This document shows, one piece after another, positions 19,709 through 30,453 of a DNA stretch of 64,000 bases. The position numbers and the translations under genes are program-made. Source of the DNA: Polyangiaceae bacterium (GTDB lineage Bacteria; Myxococcota_A; Polyangia; Polyangiales; Polyangiaceae). Each line of letters opens with the position of its first letter. Position 1 is the first letter of the stretch. The stretch is taken from the NCBI GenBank assembly GCA_033763455.1, contig JANRKO010000060.1, forward strand, positions 78,586 through 142,585. The letters are read 5' to 3'. The notes under the pieces are model-generated. The model searched no databases, was not told the DNA's origin, and saw only the letters and a list, made by a program, of their open reading frames with translations.

Positions 19709-20820
19709 AGGGTTCCCCTCACCCGCGGATCGAGCCAAGCGTACGCCAGATCCACGGCCAAGTTGAAGCAAGTAACCAGCGTTGTGTAGACAATCGCTGT
19801 GCCCAGCACGACCGAGTAGTCTCGATTCACGGCGCCCTTCACGAACCACTGCCCCATTCCGGGTACGCCAAAGAGAGTCTCTACAACGAACGAGCCGGTC
19901 ATGATCCCAGCGGCTGCAGGCCCGAGGAATGACACCACCGGCAAGAGTGCGCCCTTGAGAGCGTGTTTGAGCACGATGATCTTGTGAGGCAACCCTTTGG
20001 CGCGCGCCGTTCGGATGAAGTCCTGCTGCATGACCTCAATGGTGCCCCCGCGGGCAAGGCGAGCAATATAGGCTGCATAAGGCAGGGCCAGTGTGAAGGA
20101 GGGCATCAAAAGGTGCTGGTAGCTCCCCCAGCCTGCGACGGGTAGCCAGCCCAGACCAAGTGAGAAGAGGATGATAAGCAGCGCTCCGATGACGAAATTG
20201 GGCAGGGAGATCCCCAGCAGCGCAAGGGCCATGCTGCTGTAGTCCGCTGCGGAATTGGGACGCAGCCCCGCACGCACACCAAGCGTTAACCCAATGGCGC
20301 AAGCAAACACGAGGGCTAGTAGCCCAAGAGCGATACTAACCGGAAGCGCAGGCCCGATAAGGGCTTCCACGGAGCGCCCAGAGACCTTGATGGAAGGCCC
20401 GAGGGTGCCTTCGAATAACAGGCGCCGCATGTAAATCATGAAAAACTCGGTGGCATTAGCCGGCACGCCGTAATGAGCTCGAAGTGCGGCTTCAACTTCA
20501 GGCGATGCCACCTTCTCTGCCGCGAAGGGATTGCCCGGAGCGCGGTACATAAGAAGCGTTGTGGTGAAAATGAGGAGCACTAAGGATGGGACGAGAAACG
20601 CAATACGCCGCAGGACCCTAAGTGGTGCGAAGCGAAAGGCGAGAGCGCTCCCCACGATAGCCAGACTCCCGCCGACGGCCGTGCCCCAAGCCGCGCGGCC
20701 GCCGACAAACAGCAGCCCAGCGAGCAGGATGGGCGCCACAATCCTTGCCGAACGGGGCCCGAGCCAAGCCGTACTTGCGAGAGCGGCAAACCCAAAAATG
20801 AGCGCCAGCGCTTCGATCAT
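19705..20820 (-). CDS. Peptide ABC transporter permease (OppB-like) with extra N-terminal TM segments
   Basis: APGNPF, DFIRTARAKGL, GSFVVETLFGVPGMG and DLAYAWLDPR. Confidence 0.93.
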   Translation of the reverse strand: MIEALALIFGFAALASTAWLGPRSARIVAPILLAGLLFVGGRAAWGTAVGGSLAIVGSALAFRFAPLRVLRRIAFLVPSLVLLIFTTTLLMYRAPGNPFAAEKVASPEVEAALRAHYGVPANATEFFMIYMRRLLFEGTLGPSIKVSGRSVEALIGPALPVSIALGLLALVFACAIGLTLGVRAGLRPNSAADYSSMALALLGISLPNFVIGALLIILFSLGLGWLPVAGWGSYQHLLMPSFTLALPYAAYIARLARGGTIEVMQQDFIRTARAKGLPHKIIVLKHALKGALLPVVSFLGPAAAGIMTGSFVVETLFGVPGMGQWFVKGAVNRDYSVVLGTAIVYTTLVTCFNLAVDLAYAWLDPRVRGTL

Positions 20821-22832
20821 TGAGCGGCTCCGCGTTCTACCCAGATGTCTCGCAGTGGGTGCAAATCTTTCAGGTTGGGGGCACGGGTTCCATCGGGTAG
20901 CTCTATCTGAGAATAGAACCCGCGGAGCGTGGGCTTGACCAAGCCAGATACAACGTAGAAGTACACGGGCATGATCGGGAATTCATCTTGGACTAAGATG
21001 GCTTCGGCTTCACGAAGAAGCTGCATGCGGATCCTGCCCCAAGCTTGGGCCTTTTCTGCTCCCGTACCCATCTTCGCGGTGTTCAGCTCACGCCGTACAT
21101 TTTCGGGCTCTTTGAGGTGAGTCAGCAGTGGTTCCGGGTTGGCCAGGAACGGATCCGGATTTGAGGCGAACGCGATCAGCTGATCGTAGACGGGCGAACT
21201 AAAGCCCGTTTGGTTGTTGCCTCCGTTGGTGACCCACATATCCAGGAACGTATTGGGATCGCTGTAATCACCCACCCATCCGGCGCGGGCAATATCGTAG
21301 GACTGGCTTCGCGTGGCTGAGATGTAGGACTGCCATTCCTGATTGTACGCCTTCGCCTGCACGCCAAGGTTTCTCCGCAACTGATCCGCGACGACTTCAG
21401 CGATCTTCTTGTGCATTTCCATCGTGTTGTACAGAATCCCAACTTCAGGGAAGCCTTTGCCCTCGGGAAAACCCGCCTCCGCGAGCAGACGCTGGGCGAG
21501 CGCGACATCTTTTGCGATCTTGCTCAGTGGCGGCTGGTAGCCGGGCATTCCCGGAGGCACGAAGCTGGTTGCTGGAATTTGCCCGAGCCCCAGAACTTGT
21601 TCGACGATGAGCTTGCGATCGATCGCCAGGTTGAAAGCGTGCCGGACGCGAACGTCAGTAAACGGCTTCTTCGTGTTGTTGAAGCGGTAATAATAGACCA
21701 CAAGACCGGGATTGCTGTAGAAATCCGGCCGCTTTCTCAAGTCTCTAACCAAATCCGTTGGGTAGTTGCTGGGAAGCCAGTCGGCTTCACCCGTTAGGTA
21801 CATGTTCAAGGAAGTGGTGGCGGACTCGGTCGGAAGCGCATCGACGGCCTGCACTCGCACTTCGTTGCGACCCCAGTAGCTCGGGCTCTTGGTGAGGCGA
21901 ATGCGTTCGTTCACCCGCCAGCTTGAGAGTAGGAAGGGGCCGTTGCTCACAATTTTTTCGGGGAGAAACCAGTCCTTGTCATTCCCCGCTTGCTCGATGA
22001 CGGAACGCGGCACCGGCATGGTCGAATAAAACGAGGTGATTTCGAGAAAATAGGGAGTTGGAGCGGTGAGCTCAACCACCAGTGTGTGAGCGTTGAGTGC
22101 ATAAACCCCAGCGTTCTTTCCAAACTTCTGCCGCGCCTCGGCGCTCTTTTCCAGCAGGCGACCCGCCTCGATCTCGAGTGCTCGCGAAAAGGCTCTTACC
22201 TGCTCGGGGGTGACTCGACCCGTTTTAATAGTGAGCAGGTCGCGGATCTCGGCGTGTTCTGTGAACTTGAGCGGCCCGTGTGCATCCGCATCGGCCAGGA
22301 AGAGCTGCCACTCCTGTGCTCCGATCTCCTGGTTTTTCTTGACCAGCGATGAGACCTTCGCTTGGAGGGGCCCTCGGATAGCTTCCGCGTAGGACTTGTA
22401 GGCATTGAAGGCTTCGGCGTAACGGACGGGGAATAGAATATAGGCGTATTCACTTCCCAAAGCGGGCTCAACCAGGCGTTTCCAAGAGTAGACAAAGTCG
22501 TCCGCGATGAGGGGTTGCCCGTTCGACCATTTCGCGTCGGCACGCAGGTGGAAGGTGTACGTCTTCAGATCTGGCGAAAGTTCCCAGCTTTCGGCAACGC
22601 CGGGGGCAGCCTCAAGCGTTTTCGGATCTCGCCGCGTAAGACCTTCGAAGACGGCTGAGATAATTCTTCCTTCCGGCTCCCCCGTTGCGAGCTGCGGATC
22701 TAGCGTTTTCGGCTCAGCTCCATTGATAAAACGATAATCTGGGATGGCGTCATGCGATGCCGAGAATGTGAGCCCCACGAGCAGTAACGCTGCCGCAAAC
22801 ATCAGAAGGACGCTGAACAGGGTGCGGTACAT
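20817..22832 (-). CDS. Peptide ABC transporter substrate-binding protein (OppA-like, SBP family 5)
   Basis: EPKTLDP, YTFHLR..AKWSNG, NGPF, FTDVRVRHAF and RAGWVGDYSDPNTFL. Confidence 0.93.
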   Translation of the reverse strand: MYRTLFSVLLMFAAALLLVGLTFSASHDAIPDYRFINGAEPKTLDPQLATGEPEGRIISAVFEGLTRRDPKTLEAAPGVAESWELSPDLKTYTFHLRADAKWSNGQPLIADDFVYSWKRLVEPALGSEYAYILFPVRYAEAFNAYKSYAEAIRGPLQAKVSSLVKKNQEIGAQEWQLFLADADAHGPLKFTEHAEIRDLLTIKTGRVTPEQVRAFSRALEIEAGRLLEKSAEARQKFGKNAGVYALNAHTLVVELTAPTPYFLEITSFYSTMPVPRSVIEQAGNDKDWFLPEKIVSNGPFLLSSWRVNERIRLTKSPSYWGRNEVRVQAVDALPTESATTSLNMYLTGEADWLPSNYPTDLVRDLRKRPDFYSNPGLVVYYYRFNNTKKPFTDVRVRHAFNLAIDRKLIVEQVLGLGQIPATSFVPPGMPGYQPPLSKIAKDVALAQRLLAEAGFPEGKGFPEVGILYNTMEMHKKIAEVVADQLRRNLGVQAKAYNQEWQSYISATRSQSYDIARAGWVGDYSDPNTFLDMWVTNGGNNQTGFSSPVYDQLIAFASNPDPFLANPEPLLTHLKEPENVRRELNTAKMGTGAEKAQAWGRIRMQLLREAEAILVQDEFPIMPVYFYVVSGLVKPTLRGFYSQIELPDGTRAPNLKDLHPLRDIWVERGAAQ

Positions 22833-22835
22833 TCC

Positions 22836-24497
22836 TCAAAGGCCTTCCTGAGCGGAGCCGATATCGTCGCCACTTGGTTGCTGGTCGGGGCCGAAGGTGC
22901 CAAGCGAAAATTTCTGTTTCGACTCTGGCTGGGCGCGATACCGCCACCGGTTTCCCCAAGGATCCACCGGTGTGCCGTCTGGAAAGACGCCGTAGAGACG
23001 AAACCCAAGGTCAGTGAGTTGCCGGGGAAGTTCACCGGTATGGCGCGAGTAGCTGAGAATTTCAGCTCGAAGCGTTTCGAATTGACGTTGAGCCTCGCGC
23101 TTCTGGAGGCGAGCTTTGACCGGAAAAGACAGGGCAACGGCAAGGGCAAGCCCAAGCGCGAGAGGGCGGTAGGCGTTCAGGCGGAAGCGCCGATTAACAT
23201 CGAGCTGTGCAATAAATGCGCAGGCGGCGAGCAACGGACCCCACACCGAGTGCCCGAGGCTCGTGAGCACTGCACCGGACGCGATAGCGGCCCAGTAGAT
23301 GCCGCGAGCGACCATGCGATCCGCAGGCGTGCCCGCGTCGCTCGTGTCGCCAACGGAGGGCGTAGACGGCGCCGTTTGCTCAGTGATGTTAGCTGGATGG
23401 ACCTGCGGACTTCCGTTGTCGGTACCCTCGTGGCTGAGGGCGGCAACTTCGGGAGCGGATACGCTGGGCCGTTCGGCCTTCTTGAAGCGGGTTTCGAGCT
23501 GCACGAACCAATCAGGCTCCGAGCTGAGCCCTTCGGCATGCCAGCACTGTGAGTGGTGACCCTTTTCCACTTCGAAGGCGGGCGGCTCCTCAGTCGAACA
23601 GCGATCAAATGCGACCGGGCAGCGGGTGTGAAAGCGACAACCGGAAGGGGGCCGCAACGCACTTGGGACATCGCCCTCAAGCTCTACGTTCACGATGGCT
23701 CGGCGAGGATCTGGCCACGGCACTGCGGCGAGCAACGCGCGCGAATAGGGATGGGCAGGGCGTGCGAACAGCGCTTCGGTGGGTGCGAGCTCCACGATCT
23801 GGCCTAGATACATCACAGCAACACGATGGGAGATGAACTTAACGATGGAAAGGTCGTGCGAAATAAACAGGTAAGCAAGCTTTAGCTCTTCACGCAGTTC
23901 GATCAGAAGGTTGATAACCTGAGCGCGAATCGAGACGTCCAACGCCGATACGGCCTCATCGCACACGATGAGTTTAGGATTCAGGGCGAGAGCGCGTGCG
24001 ATGCCGATGCGTTGGCGCTGACCACCGGAAAATTCGTGCGGATACCGGTGCATCCACGAGGGCGCTACGCCTACTTTGCCGAGCAGCGTGCGGACGCGGT
24101 TCTCCATGTCCACACCCTTCGCCACGCCGTGAACAGCCAGCGCTTCTCCGACAATATCCAGTACGCGCATGCGCGGATTGAGCGAACTGTAGGGGTCTTG
24201 GAAGATGATCTGCATGTCGCGCCGAAGTGGTCGGAGCTCGTTGGCACTCATGCTTCCGATGTCTTGGCCCTCAAAACGCACCGTGCCATTGGTAGGGTCA
24301 AGCAGGCGAAGCAGCAGCCTGCCAACGGTGCTTTTGCCGCATCCTGATTCGCCCACCAGCGCTAACGTTTCCCCGCGTGCGATCTCGAAGGAAACGCCAT
24401 CCACGGCACGCACTTGCCCCACCACGCGACTCAAGAGGCCGCGGGTCACGGGGAAGTGCTTGGCGAGCCCTTCGACACTGAGGAGCGGCTCAGGCAT
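22836..24497 (-). CDS. OppF-like ABC ATPase fused to TM segments and a C-terminal GspG-like (T2SS pseudopilin) domain
   Basis: N-terminal [20 protein letters not shown] and GCRFHTRC. C-terminal [11 protein letters not shown]...DPWGNRWRY...[15 protein letters not shown]. Confidence 0.88.
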   Translation of the reverse strand: MPEPLLSVEGLAKHFPVTRGLLSRVVGQVRAVDGVSFEIARGETLALVGESGCGKSTVGRLLLRLLDPTNGTVRFEGQDIGSMSANELRPLRRDMQIIFQDPYSSLNPRMRVLDIVGEALAVHGVAKGVDMENRVRTLLGKVGVAPSWMHRYPHEFSGGQRQRIGIARALALNPKLIVCDEAVSALDVSIRAQVINLLIELREELKLAYLFISHDLSIVKFISHRVAVMYLGQIVELAPTEALFARPAHPYSRALLAAVPWPDPRRAIVNVELEGDVPSALRPPSGCRFHTRCPVAFDRCSTEEPPAFEVEKGHHSQCWHAEGLSSEPDWFVQLETRFKKAERPSVSAPEVAALSHEGTDNGSPQVHPANITEQTAPSTPSVGDTSDAGTPADRMVARGIYWAAIASGAVLTSLGHSVWGPLLAACAFIAQLDVNRRFRLNAYRPLALGLALAVALSFPVKARLQKREAQRQFETLRAEILSYSRHTGELPRQLTDLGFRLYGVFPDGTPVDPWGNRWRYRAQPESKQKFSLGTFGPDQQPSGDDIGSAQEGL

Positions 24498-25533
24498 CCT
24501 TCACCTCCATGCGCTCGGGAGCATGATTGGGCGTTTCCGCGTGCAGAAGATCGAGGTCGGGGTCGGCTTCCGTGACAAAACAGGCTGCTTTTTGGCCGTT
24601 TTTGTGTTCGACCAACGCGGGTGCCACCGTTGCGCATTTCGGAAGGCGAAACCGGCAGCGGGGGTGGAATCGGCACCCCGTTGGCAGCCCGAGCGCATCC
24701 GGAACGTTCCCAGGTATCGGTTCTAAGTGGCGCCCGGAGGCATCATACGTGGGCAGTGAGCGCAGGAGGCCGGCGGTATAAGGATGTTTGGGGCGTTCGA
24801 AAATGTCGTAAACGCTTCCCTGCTCCACAATGCGGCCGGCGTACATGATGGCTACGTCTTCGGCCATTGAAGCTACTACTCCAAGGTCATGCGTGATCAG
24901 TAGGATCGACATGCCCAGCTTGGCCTGGAGGCCTCGCATGAGCGTCAGGATCTGCGCTTGAATCGTGACATCCAGCGCGGTTGTTGGCTCGTCCGCGATG
25001 AGCAACTTCGGGCGGCAACACAGTGCCATCGCGATCATTACGCGTTGACGCATACCGCCCGAAAGCTGATGCGGGTATTCCGCGAACCGCTGCTCAGGAG
25101 ATGGAATGCCAACGAGGTGCAGGTAGCGTATGGCCTCGGCTCGCTGCTCCTCACCCTGTAGCCCGCGGTGAAGCTCCAGCGCTTCTCCGATCTGGTTCCC
25201 CACGGTGTACACGGGGTTCAGGCTTGTCATGGGCTCCTGGAAAATCATTGCGATCTCATTGCCACGAACCCCACGCATGGCTTCTTCATCCAACTCGAGG
25301 AGATCGCGCCCCTGAAACTCAACTCTTCCCGCGGTGACTTCTCCGCGCTGCTTTTCGATCAAACGCAGAATCGTCATCGCCGTAACGCTCTTGCCGCAGC
25401 CCGATTCGCCCACTACAGCTAACGTTTTCCCGTGACCAATCGCGTAGCTTACGCCATCTACCGCACGCACAATGCCCGCGCTCGTGCGAAACTGCACGCT
25501 TAGGTCTGTGAGTTGGAGCAGCGGTGAAGTCAT
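24490..25533 (-). CDS. Peptide ABC transporter ATP-binding subunit (OppD-like)
   Basis: [26 protein letters not shown] and [12 protein letters not shown] overlap start at 25533. Confidence 0.93.
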   Translation of the reverse strand: MTSPLLQLTDLSVQFRTSAGIVRAVDGVSYAIGHGKTLAVVGESGCGKSVTAMTILRLIEKQRGEVTAGRVEFQGRDLLELDEEAMRGVRGNEIAMIFQEPMTSLNPVYTVGNQIGEALELHRGLQGEEQRAEAIRYLHLVGIPSPEQRFAEYPHQLSGGMRQRVMIAMALCCRPKLLIADEPTTALDVTIQAQILTLMRGLQAKLGMSILLITHDLGVVASMAEDVAIMYAGRIVEQGSVYDIFERPKHPYTAGLLRSLPTYDASGRHLEPIPGNVPDALGLPTGCRFHPRCRFRLPKCATVAPALVEHKNGQKAACFVTEADPDLDLLHAETPNHAPERMEVKDA

Positions 25534-26825
25534 GTCTTTAGCTTCGGATCCAGTGCATCGCGTAGGCCTTCGCCCACCAAGTTGAAGACGCTCACAACAA
25601 AGAAGATTGCGAACCCTGGAGCGAGGATTAGCCACAATTTCTGTTCCAGGCGCCCAGCGTTGAGCGTCTCCCCCCAGCTGGCCACGCTGAGATCGCCGAT
25701 GCCCAAAAATGCGAGGCTTGATTCCACCAGAATTGCTGAAGCCACACCAAAGGTGGCACTAACCAGCACCGGCGCAATGGCGTTGGGCAAGATGTGCCGG
25801 AAGATGATGCGAAAGCGCGGGATGCCGAGTGCGAGCGCCGCCTGCGCATATTCGAGCGAGCGATGCTTCAAGAATTCGGCACGGATCAATCGAGCTACGC
25901 CCGTCCAGCTCGTAACCCCAATGATGATCATTACGTGAAAAATAGAACGGCGTTCGATAAGGGCGGCAATGGTGAGGATCAGAAAGAAGCTCGGAAAGCA
26001 GATCATTACCTCAATCAAGCGACTGATAAGCATGTCTGCCCAGCCGCCAAAGTAGCCAGCCAATGCTCCGAGCAGGAGCCCAATGCCCACGTAAATCGAA
26101 ACCGCGACCACACCGATGGTCAAAGAAATTCGTGTGCCATATAGCATGCGTGCGAACACATCACGCCCTTCTGTATCAGTGCCGAGCCAGTGTTGAGCGC
26201 TCGGTGGTTCAACATTGCGGGTCGGGTCCGTGTCCCTGTAACCGTAGCGAAGTGGCGGAAACCACGCGCTGTAAGGCTCCTTTTGTGCATCCAAGGCAAG
26301 AGCCAAGGTCGTGTAGTTGGTTACCTTCTCCTGATGATAGAGCGGATTTTCGAACGAAAAGAAGCGCTCCGGCAGCATGAGCGCGTAGACGAAGAAGTAA
26401 GAAGCAAGAAAGCCGCCCAGCAGGCGCAGCCTCAGCCGAAAGAAGCGTGCCCCTAGCACCTTGGAGGCGATGAAGTATCCGAGCGCGTAAAGGGGCGACA
26501 ATACGAGCGCTAAGTTGAACAGGATATCCACGGCATTTTCGTAGAGGAGCCGATTGAAGAGGCCACGCCAGAACGGAAAAGAGGCTTGCCCCTGGTAATG
26601 AAAATAGAGTGGCTGATTGCAGGACAAGAAAGGCGCGTAAACGGCCAGAACGATCAGAAATAGGACCGCATAAAGACCAAACAGCGCCAAGCGGTTCTTC
26701 TTGAATTGACCCCAAACCAACGTCAGGTAGGAGAGGCGCTGCCAATCCATCTCAGCCTGATCCCGAGCCTCCCCAGCCGAGGGCGAAGGACTGCCGGGCA
26801 CCGAAGGAGGGGTGGCGTCACTCAT
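25530..26825 (-). CDS. Peptide ABC transporter permease (OppC-like)
   Basis: [27 protein letters not shown] and [11 protein letters not shown]. Confidence 0.93.
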   Translation of the reverse strand: MSDATPPSVPGSPSPSAGEARDQAEMDWQRLSYLTLVWGQFKKNRLALFGLYAVLFLIVLAVYAPFLSCNQPLYFHYQGQASFPFWRGLFNRLLYENAVDILFNLALVLSPLYALGYFIASKVLGARFFRLRLRLLGGFLASYFFVYALMLPERFFSFENPLYHQEKVTNYTTLALALDAQKEPYSAWFPPLRYGYRDTDPTRNVEPPSAQHWLGTDTEGRDVFARMLYGTRISLTIGVVAVSIYVGIGLLLGALAGYFGGWADMLISRLIEVMICFPSFFLILTIAALIERRSIFHVMIIIGVTSWTGVARLIRAEFLKHRSLEYAQAALALGIPRFRIIFRHILPNAIAPVLVSATFGVASAILVESSLAFLGIGDLSVASWGETLNAGRLEQKLWLILAPGFAIFFVVSVFNLVGEGLRDALDPKLKT

Positions 26826-28276
26826 GAATAGCGAATCCTCGGATCGACCAGAGCGTAGCTGAGGTCAGTGAGCAAAATGCCAACGAGGACGAGCACAGTG
26901 GAAAGTAGCTCAATGGCCATGATCACGTTGTAATCACGTTGGTAAATCGCATCGACCGCCCACAACCCCATTCCAGGAATTCCAAAAATGTACTCAATGA
27001 TGACGCTGCCTCCGAGCACTGCCGGCAATAGTCCGGCGAGGAGCGTCAAGATGGGCAAGAGGCCGTTGCGCATGGCGTGTTTGCCGATCACGCTCGACTC
27101 CGGTAACCCTTTAGCTCGGGCAGTTCGGATGTAATCCGACTGAATAACCTCAAGAAGGCCGCTTCGCATGTAACGGCTGAGGGCGGCGAGTGAGCCGTAG
27201 GTCATGCAAAACATGGGCAGCACCAAATGCCAGGCTACATCCAACCACTGCTCGTACCACGTGAGCGTTGCTACGTTCTGAGACTCCCAACCGCCTGTGG
27301 GAAAAAGCCTCCAGCTTTCAAACGGCGAGCCCTGCGATAAGAAGTACAGGAGCAGCGTGGCCACAAAAAAGCTCGGAAGGGAATAGAGCATAAATAGGCC
27401 CACTGTCAGCGTGCGATCAGCCGTCGAATCCCGCTTCACGGCCGAAAAGACACCCAGCGGAATAGCGATCAGGTAAGCCAGGAGGAGCGAGCCAACTGAC
27501 AGCCCCAGAGAATAGCGGAGCTTTCGTACGAGTGTCTCAAGTACAGGTTCTTTGCTTACCAGGGAAATGCCAAAATCGAGCCGTGCTAGGTTGGACCAAT
27601 ATTTGGCAAAACGTGTGTCCGTAAAGAAGATCTTCACCTTCTCTCCGAAGGTATAGCTGAAGCGCGCCTGATTCTCCTTGAACCAGGCGTTCCACGCCCG
27701 CACCACTTCAAGCTTCTTCGATTCCTCGGCATCAAGAGGGTAACGCAGGACACGAAGCTTGGAATTTTCAAGGTCTACAGCGCGGTTGTACGCCGCAACT
27801 TCGGGAGGCGGCGCCGAATTGTATGGATCCAATAGGGGGCGCTGAGCTGCCACGCTGAGAAAATAGACGGCCACATCGCGCAACTTCTTCTGATTCGTGC
27901 TCTCGGCGCGGCGGAGAACAGCCATCAGGTGGGGTACGGCATACGATCCGTAGTCTTCCAGCTCTTCTTGTGCCCGGATGCGCGCCGAAACGGCAGCGGT
28001 TTCGAGTTCTGCGAATACACGCAGACGAGTTTCAATATCGCTTTCGGAGAGGGTAAAATAGGAGTTAAGCAGCGTGGGCTTGTCCAGATGGAATTGCTCT
28101 CTAAAAATTCGGTAGGATTCCTGAGTCGTTTGCCCCCTGAGCGTCGACGCGGTGTCTCCTTGCTGGGTCATACCTGGACGACCGGGAGCAAGGTTCAATA
28201 CAACGAAGACAATAATTGAGATCCCTACGAATGTTGGAATCATCAGCAGCATTCGACGTAGGATGTAGGTCGTCAT
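26822..28276 (-). CDS. Peptide ABC transporter permease (OppB-like) with a large periplasmic insertion
   Basis: YILRRML, APGRP, DYIRTARAKGL, GSVIIEYIF and DLSYALVDPRI. Confidence 0.93.
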   Translation of the reverse strand: MTTYILRRMLLMIPTFVGISIIVFVVLNLAPGRPGMTQQGDTASTLRGQTTQESYRIFREQFHLDKPTLLNSYFTLSESDIETRLRVFAELETAAVSARIRAQEELEDYGSYAVPHLMAVLRRAESTNQKKLRDVAVYFLSVAAQRPLLDPYNSAPPPEVAAYNRAVDLENSKLRVLRYPLDAEESKKLEVVRAWNAWFKENQARFSYTFGEKVKIFFTDTRFAKYWSNLARLDFGISLVSKEPVLETLVRKLRYSLGLSVGSLLLAYLIAIPLGVFSAVKRDSTADRTLTVGLFMLYSLPSFFVATLLLYFLSQGSPFESWRLFPTGGWESQNVATLTWYEQWLDVAWHLVLPMFCMTYGSLAALSRYMRSGLLEVIQSDYIRTARAKGLPESSVIGKHAMRNGLLPILTLLAGLLPAVLGGSVIIEYIFGIPGMGLWAVDAIYQRDYNVIMAIELLSTVLVLVGILLTDLSYALVDPRIRYS

Positions 28277-28291
28277 CCGTCGGGCTGTGTC

Positions 28292-30292
28292 CTATTGTGA
28301 CTGGGCCACTGACCACGGCCGAAAATCGGTGGTAGGGCGAACTTTTGCAAAAACGACATCTTTCACGTCGCGGCTCGTGCAAAACACCTCCTTGGAGGTC
28401 ATGATGAAGCTGTAGACGTGCGATTCGTAGATGAGACGGTGGATTTTCCTGAGAAGCACGCGCCGTTCTTCAGGGTCAAATGTCTCCCGCAGCTGCTCAA
28501 TGAGCTTATCGGCTTCCTTGCTACGAAAGCCAACCCGGTTGGACCCCTTGGGAATATCAGCCTGCGATGAATGCCAAATCTGGAAGGCGTCGACCTCCCA
28601 TGGGAGGGCCCAGCCACCGGTAAATGCATCAAAGTTCTTCTCGTCCATGCGTTTTTGCATGAGGCTCCATTCTGCGGATGTAACATTCAGCTTAACGCCT
28701 ATCTTCAGGAGGTCTTCTTTGAAGATGTTGGCGAGTGCCGTGTACTCTGGGGAGCTTCCGTAAATTAGCAGGGTGAATTCGAACTGGGTTCTCTTCCCCT
28801 TTATTGCCTTATCGATTAGGCCATTTCCGTCCGTGTCGGCCCAACCCGCGTCCGACAAAACCTTGCGTGCTCGCGCGAGATCAAAGTTCAGTGGATCCAC
28901 CGTGGTGTCGAGCCCGCCGGTGCTCGGTAGGAATGGCCCGATGGCTACCTCCCCCAACCCCACGAAGATGCGTTCGATGATCTCCTTTCGGTTGAGAGCT
29001 AGCGTCATCGCCATGCGCACTCGAGGATCCGAAAATATGGGATGGTCTCCGTTCCAGCCGATGTATCGGTAGCCAAAGGCGTCCAGCGTGCGACAGTTGA
29101 TTCTACCATCGAAGAACGGACTGTTCTTAGGAAGCGCCGACTGGGGTTGGCCCTGATACCGCTGTATTTCTTCCCGGTACTGCGAGGCTCGAAGCCGACC
29201 GAGGCTGAGCTCACCAGCTTTGAGTTTCAACAAAGTGAGGTTCGGATCGGTGTAGATCGGGTGGACAACCCGTTTGATCGCAGGCTTGCTCCCAAAGTAG
29301 TCCTCGTTGCGCTCAAGCACGAGCTTATTACCTGGCACATACTCGCTCAAGCGATAGGGCCCGGCGCCGACGTAGCCTTTGTTATTGTACCAATGTTGGT
29401 TGAAGCGCAACCCAAGCGTTTCCTTCGGAAATGGCACCCCACGCTCATCATAAGCAAGCAAAAACTTGGGGATTGGAGCGAGATTCAGCGTGAACGCGAT
29501 GCTGTTGACAACCTTTTTCTTCCAACGCACGACAAGAGTGTGGCTATTTACTACCTTCCAGCTTTGCAGGTCGGCGTAGTAGTTCTTGAGGAACCCGTTC
29601 TCGACCTGCGGGTTCAACAGCATCTCGAACGTGAACGCGAGATCTTCGGCAGTCACTTCATGCGGGCGGTCCAGCCACGCATACTCCTTGCTCTTCAGGT
29701 TAATGCCCGAGGGGGCATGCCAGCGAACCCCCTTGCGAAGGTAGATCGTGTATTCCCTGAAGTCGTCGGTAACTTCGACCCTGCATGCCAGTTCGCCATG
29801 CCACTTGTCAGGATCTGTCCATTTGTTGCGGTCAGCAATTAGGGCGTCAACGTAGTTAAAAACGTCCTCCTGTAACTCCGCCGAGTTCTCCAACAGGCTG
29901 TTGAACCCCTTGGGATCCCCGCTTGGCCACCCCTTCGTGAGAGCTCCGCCAAGATTGGCTCCTGCTGCGGGCCAATGAGTGTCATGGTTGACCAGAAAAT
30001 TGGGTACTTCTGGATGCAGGACCGGGTCCGTCTCGCAATCTTCCGAACTTGGTACGGAAGCGGTGCCGACGTTGGAGTTCACTTTCTCCGTGGAAGCAGC
30101 CCCATTCCCCTTCAAGCGTTTGAGCTCACCCACCATCCGCTCCGAGGATTCACCGAGCGAACGAAGCTGTTGCTCTTGCGTCGAAATCCGTTTCTCAACG
30201 GCGTTGAGTTGCACAACCCCTACAACAAGAAGGACGACGGCGAGGGCGATGAGTACGGTTTGCAGGGCTCTAGGTGAGCTGGTTGATTTCAT
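28292..30292 (-). CDS. Peptide ABC transporter substrate-binding protein (SBP family 5) with N-terminal TM anchor and coiled coil
   Basis: YTIYLRKGVRW, GAGPY, FSDPRVRMAMTLALNR and WHSSQ; start placed at the ATG preceding the TM helix. Confidence 0.9.
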   Translation of the reverse strand: MKSTSSPRALQTVLIALAVVLLVVGVVQLNAVEKRISTQEQQLRSLGESSERMVGELKRLKGNGAASTEKVNSNVGTASVPSSEDCETDPVLHPEVPNFLVNHDTHWPAAGANLGGALTKGWPSGDPKGFNSLLENSAELQEDVFNYVDALIADRNKWTDPDKWHGELACRVEVTDDFREYTIYLRKGVRWHAPSGINLKSKEYAWLDRPHEVTAEDLAFTFEMLLNPQVENGFLKNYYADLQSWKVVNSHTLVVRWKKKVVNSIAFTLNLAPIPKFLLAYDERGVPFPKETLGLRFNQHWYNNKGYVGAGPYRLSEYVPGNKLVLERNEDYFGSKPAIKRVVHPIYTDPNLTLLKLKAGELSLGRLRASQYREEIQRYQGQPQSALPKNSPFFDGRINCRTLDAFGYRYIGWNGDHPIFSDPRVRMAMTLALNRKEIIERIFVGLGEVAIGPFLPSTGGLDTTVDPLNFDLARARKVLSDAGWADTDGNGLIDKAIKGKRTQFEFTLLIYGSSPEYTALANIFKEDLLKIGVKLNVTSAEWSLMQKRMDEKNFDAFTGGWALPWEVDAFQIWHSSQADIPKGSNRVGFRSKEADKLIEQLRETFDPEERRVLLRKIHRLIYESHVYSFIMTSKEVFCTSRDVKDVVFAKVRPTTDFRPWSVAQSQ

Positions 30293-30453
30293 GCATGCCT
30301 TCGAAGTGGGAGCTCGCGATGGATCCGGTTGCTTACGGCGAGGGCCGATTAGAGACTGGCCGCATGGTACACGAATTTGGGCGCCCACAAATGTAGACGC
30401 TCACGCCAAAGAGGGCACAGCGACCGATGCTGCTGCCGACTAACGTGCGCTGC

